In this document: positions 25,801 to 28,412 of the stretch, piece by piece
Position numbering within the stretch: the first letter of the stretch is position 1
Layout of the letters: every line of letters starts with the position of its first letter
IMG/VR virus record: IMGVR_UViG_3300033067_001261
Span: 1 to 28,412 of that record
Origin: a virus
Taxonomy: Duplodnaviria; Caudoviricetes
Length of the DNA stretch: 28,412 nucleotides
Direction: 5' to 3' (one strand)
The notes under the pieces: generated by a model
Told to the model about the DNA's origin: nothing
What the model saw: the letters and a program-made list of their open reading frames with translations, nothing else
Database searches by the model: none
Made by a program: the position numbers and the translations under genes

Positions 25801-26141
25801 ACCAGACCATCGCCACCGGAACACCATGGCCCTACACCAAGAAAGTAGACCTTGGACACTTCCCTATCGAGAACGGACAGAACCCATACCTCGAACTGGC
25901 CTACGACGAGTTCCGCAACGAGCTGGTGGTGATCACTCCCTACAGCGTGGCTTCCAAGACAAACCCGGACAGCTACGTGACCGATACCGAGACGCCACAG
26001 GACGAGCTTCGACTCATCTACAACTTCGACATGAGGGTATGGCGAGTGGAGACCTATCTCTACCCTGAGTTCGGCACGATGCTTTCGGAGTTCAACGAGC
26101 GTGGAGTGATCGGCTATGACCAACTGGAGCCTGCACCATGA
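22842..26141 (+). CDS. Tail nozzle/stabilisation protein (P22 gp10/T7 gp12-like beta-propeller) with large insertions
   Basis: N-terminal DFSRGM...EN...GSLTKRSG, and propeller-type segments IRYSD, GTYCPKTTVKTPFGVAW, YDEFRNEL and IYNFDMRVW. Confidence 0.75.
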   Translation: MPVKKNFLQVDFSRGMVEHIEGDASYQDSDLKWQIPQSVSALYVENYDPTQIIGSLTKRSGMYLTKTTPWTDVAGLPDKVGDTRWPSVYVQQGVIKYDADNFTGLALLDPSHSPLLDQYADKCTILGGMNVDYNRPVGQNILLTFLRDATESTDDPEKTRIVSYVTHLGNAQATTPYYHYNAHINGGDPDGTVGAPVPADYPGWDIRGTLSDATRHGGSVVLTTNIASELPPFHSNTYTQDWAAEMYPCYVWSYWDISRKRDDNEYYNNQAGTILADLVAPQTQSSQYGLFKVLWPSMYATRNEIVGYKAWYSSQASKLCTLGVLDEWAARSTGYTLMEGFFADAPATPIELSVIESPARNYDSNATDEQKLPIATDGYGDFEYQYFGNDTHYVESIETLRQDAMLSKDILWDYIFAHDGSDRSYERMTKVMTVKGREYTVDIIGIDGTGITGRPSTSGHMKNPERGGDPPDLGKRPFWVYGVRLPNYVSNGNPRSWLMGEKIPLVVTAKIRGVEVKIGEFTHIVGGDLQSPYYPSLFQVEAGQRLAFGFVGPLPWNDFSDVNNGYLASLDYSYDPSFMHPTVADSIYYRILDAEMKIDGHYVEHSWATWRRSVYNEAYNGGLQNYWRNEGIVPHFYEPWNPTGKTPFVINPVLTTEPTWARYEPWNRDAVNGANEPRYAGYRPKHNGGKHIWVTFRIRKDALPMLIDMGMEALNVYVVESDPTRSQLRSMNVLAYTKDVPPLLYGMPKTTSFDDLTKFRLVKTFLIDGKGKAFADVMDYEKWKDAYRGAATATNAWHDGGDFITASAQDTDGTQVSSLTPDFILWDYGTTNKTLSLNSSGEYWQGRGAGMVANIKGRTFLSGCVNRYGEEEQGIIRYSDVQSGVLSLDVFSDESYLKVGGLPHTALVEYREQLWAFSRSEVHRIQLPNVADPSSWEYLDKFSGQGTYCPKTTVKTPFGVAWCNDGGVWISDGRMPDNIAVAILGVYQTIATGTPWPYTKKVDLGHFPIENGQNPYLELAYDEFRNELVVITPYSVASKTNPDSYVTDTETPQDELRLIYNFDMRVWRVETYLYPEFGTMLSEFNERGVIGYDQLEPAP

Positions 26142-26839
26142 TGAATGTCCGTCGCAATGCTCCCTACTCATGCTCCCGTCGTTGGAGGATGAAGTTCAAC
26201 CGCAACCGTCTCTCGACAGTGATCGGCTACCGTAAGGATGAACCCGGAACGGCAGAAGCACCACTGACGAATCCCTTGCCGCAGATCCGTGTGTACTACG
26301 CCCATCTCAAGGAGAACTTCGTCTACGACGAGTACGATGCCTTGTACTACAACACGGACCAGACGGGAACGCTCCGAAACATTTGCTTCCGTGAGATCCC
26401 TGCCCGTATCGTGACAAGCGAGATCGGCAACGGTCAGGACGACTACATGCCCGGCAAGATCGTGATCGACACGCAGTACGACAGCCAGCACTACCACGGT
26501 TACATCTACGATGAAGACCTTGTAGCAGACCCGAAGGTGTTCTTGCACGTCCGCTCTGCCGTCTATGCCGGACAGACTCCCGACAAGTACTATGAGCTGG
26601 TGAGCCTCAACATGAGAGCCCGACCTGCACAGAATCCTTTCGAGTCGACCATGCAGACACCGGGAGACACGACCATTGCCGACAATGAAACGGCGAGCTA
26701 CAGGGAGTCACTCGTTCTGACGACTCCTATGGCCAAGTTCCGCCGTGCCCGTCTGGACATTCAGACGGACCAGAAGATGACCACCATCAGGTCGCTGAGT
26801 GTTGAGCTTGTCCAGTTCGTTCGCAGGAGCTATGGATAA
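26138..26839 (+). CDS. Tail protein resembling the C-terminal domain of a nozzle protein
   Basis: ATGA overlap with a GGAG RBS. ARIVTSEIG...RRARLDI...IRSLSVEL resembles nozzle C-termini. Confidence 0.6.
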   Translation: MMNVRRNAPYSCSRRWRMKFNRNRLSTVIGYRKDEPGTAEAPLTNPLPQIRVYYAHLKENFVYDEYDALYYNTDQTGTLRNICFREIPARIVTSEIGNGQDDYMPGKIVIDTQYDSQHYHGYIYDEDLVADPKVFLHVRSAVYAGQTPDKYYELVSLNMRARPAQNPFESTMQTPGDTTIADNETASYRESLVLTTPMAKFRRARLDIQTDQKMTTIRSLSVELVQFVRRSYG

Positions 26840-28412
26840 TGCAAACCAGCCATCAGCACGACGACTATCAATCCCAACGGGAATTTGAGCGTCTTCGCAA
26901 CAAAAGCACGACCAGCATAGAAGTAGGCAGCGGGAGCGGGGTAGATGCTACACCCATGCAAAGCGCCTCTCCAACCCAACCGGCATCTGCCCCGGCCTAC
27001 TCTCTGAAAGCCAAGAATCCGACAGCCGTCGTAGAACGCCGACAGACCAACGGTAATATCTATTGGTCGGTCTACTCACCTTTCACCGTGATGCACGAAG
27101 GCAACCCCATCCCCACGGGTGGGGGAACCTTTGACGAAGTGACGGAGATCGATTTCCGTGACACCGACAGCGTGACGTGGGAGGTCTATGACGACACAGC
27201 CGGACGCATCGTTGTCAAGGCCACAAGTGTCGGAGGTGGTGGTACCTATGCTCTGAACCTGGGCATCAATGCAGATGCATCTACTGTGGTTGCGTCAGGC
27301 GATACCATCCGGCTCATTGCAGGCACGAACGTCACCCTTTCAAAGACGGGCAACAGCATCACTATCAATGCTGCGGGGACAACCTATAGCTGGATCGCTG
27401 CAGACGTTGGAGGTGGCAACAACAAGCTGATCACCAACGGTCAGATCATGAAGTGGATAGGTTCTGACGGAGTCTATGCCATCAATTCGGCGGGACCGAA
27501 CAACGAAATGTATATCGGTCGGCCCATTACGTTGCAGCAGGACAGCGTTGACGTAGGGTACGGGGATGTCCTCAAGATCGACTTCCTGAATGCCACACCA
27601 ACAAAGCCGGTAAGCTATACAAGTCGGGTATGGTTCGATCTGAACTATCCCGGTAGTCAGCGTGACACCATCATGGGATGGTACGAACCGCCTTCTGCTT
27701 ACAGCTATGCCTGGCTCTTGCAGGCAGGAGCAGGAGCAACGACCAGCATCGACAATGGCGAGACCGTTACCTTCACAAGCACGGGCATTGCTACCGTCAC
27801 ACGCACGGGCAACACGATCAACTACGACGTGCCAAAGACAAGCTGGTTCTTGCAAGCCAATGCCGGTGCCACGACAGAGATCGAAAACGGCGAGACAGTG
27901 ACCTTCACGGGTACGGGTCTTGCCACCATCACTCGTTCGGGCAACACCATCAACGTCGGCGTGACAGCTCCGGCAGCCTACACGTTCAACGTAGGCATCA
28001 ACGGTGGTTCCGTATCGGCAGTAGCATCGGGAGCAACGGTCGACTTTGTAGCAGGCACCAACGTGACCTTGTCCAAGACAGGCACAGCCATCACCATCAA
28101 TGCCGACGACCAGTACTTCTTCTCGACGTTTGAAGATCTCGTTCAGGTCGGCAACACCAAGATCAACAAGCTCGACTTCCGCAATCCTCTGACGCAGACC
28201 GACGACGTACAGGTCACCTTCAAGCTCTTTGACATCGCTCCGGGACGTACAGAGGTCCGTGCTTATGTGCCTGCCTATGATACCGATTGGGACTTCTCGG
28301 TACAGAAGGACGGCACCATCGTCGGAACTAACAACGTCCACACCCTCAACTTCGACAACGACACAGGCAGCAAGCCTGCGGGCTACAGCAACAGGGTGTG
28401 GTTCGATGTTGT
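26839..28412 (+). CDS. Tail fibre/adhesin with repeated modules (partial, runs off the window; absent from the supplied ORF track)
   Basis: TAATG-coupled start MQTSHQHDD and 524 open codons by manual translation, with T/G-rich repeats such as AGTNVTLSKTG..ITINA and NGETVTFT.TG. Confidence 0.85.
   Translation, partial: MQTSHQHDDYQSQREFERLRNKSTTSIEVGSGSGVDATPMQSASPTQPASAPAYSLKAKNPTAVVERRQTNGNIYWSVYSPFTVMHEGNPIPTGGGTFDEVTEIDFRDTDSVTWEVYDDTAGRIVVKATSVGGGGTYALNLGINADASTVVASGDTIRLIAGTNVTLSKTGNSITINAAGTTYSWIAADVGGGNNKLITNGQIMKWIGSDGVYAINSAGPNNEMYIGRPITLQQDSVDVGYGDVLKIDFLNATPTKPVSYTSRVWFDLNYPGSQRDTIMGWYEPPSAYSYAWLLQAGAGATTSIDNGETVTFTSTGIATVTRTGNTINYDVPKTSWFLQANAGATTEIENGETVTFTGTGLATITRSGNTINVGVTAPAAYTFNVGINGGSVSAVASGATVDFVAGTNVTLSKTGTAITINADDQYFFSTFEDLVQVGNTKINKLDFRNPLTQTDDVQVTFKLFDIAPGRTEVRAYVPAYDTDWDFSVQKDGTIVGTNNVHTLNFDNDTGSKPAGYSNRVWFDV

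Noticed and set aside
1-28412. Stop-codon reassignment as seen in some crAss-like phages
   Set aside because: Core genes are full length under code 11, and TAA, TAG and TGA all end plausible genes.

Overview
The whole window is part of a tailed dsDNA bacteriophage genome with a podovirus-type (P22/T7/crAss-like) virion module. It has no integrase, CRISPR array, tRNA or rRNA that I can recognise. 1-1286: leftward small genes ending in a phage GroES and a terminator. 1302-3887: a probable TerS (+) and a TerL (-) that converge and overlap. 3988-5815: an AT-richer leftward array of tiny genes punctuated by intrinsic terminators. 5816-6702: about 890 nt of non-coding DNA with G-runs, A/T tracts, tandem terminators and a dense hairpin cluster. 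6703-13690: a leftward replication/recombination operon (DnaB helicase, Vsr/DUF559-like endonuclease, DUF932-like protein, ERF annealase). 13801-end: a rightward morphogenesis operon (portal, scaffold, major capsid, a signal-peptide protein, three ring/adaptor-like proteins, a CHAP-type hydrolase, a split nozzle, and a repeat-built tail fibre truncated by the window end). The most interesting unexplained signals are: a 16-bp palindrome with compensatory changes, found both upstream of TerS and inside the scaffold gene next to three 21-bp repeats; a candidate structured RNA and terminus region; C-terminal host-replisome docking motifs on phage proteins; and an exported protein encoded directly after the capsid gene. 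All family calls come from motif recognition by eye, with no database search.
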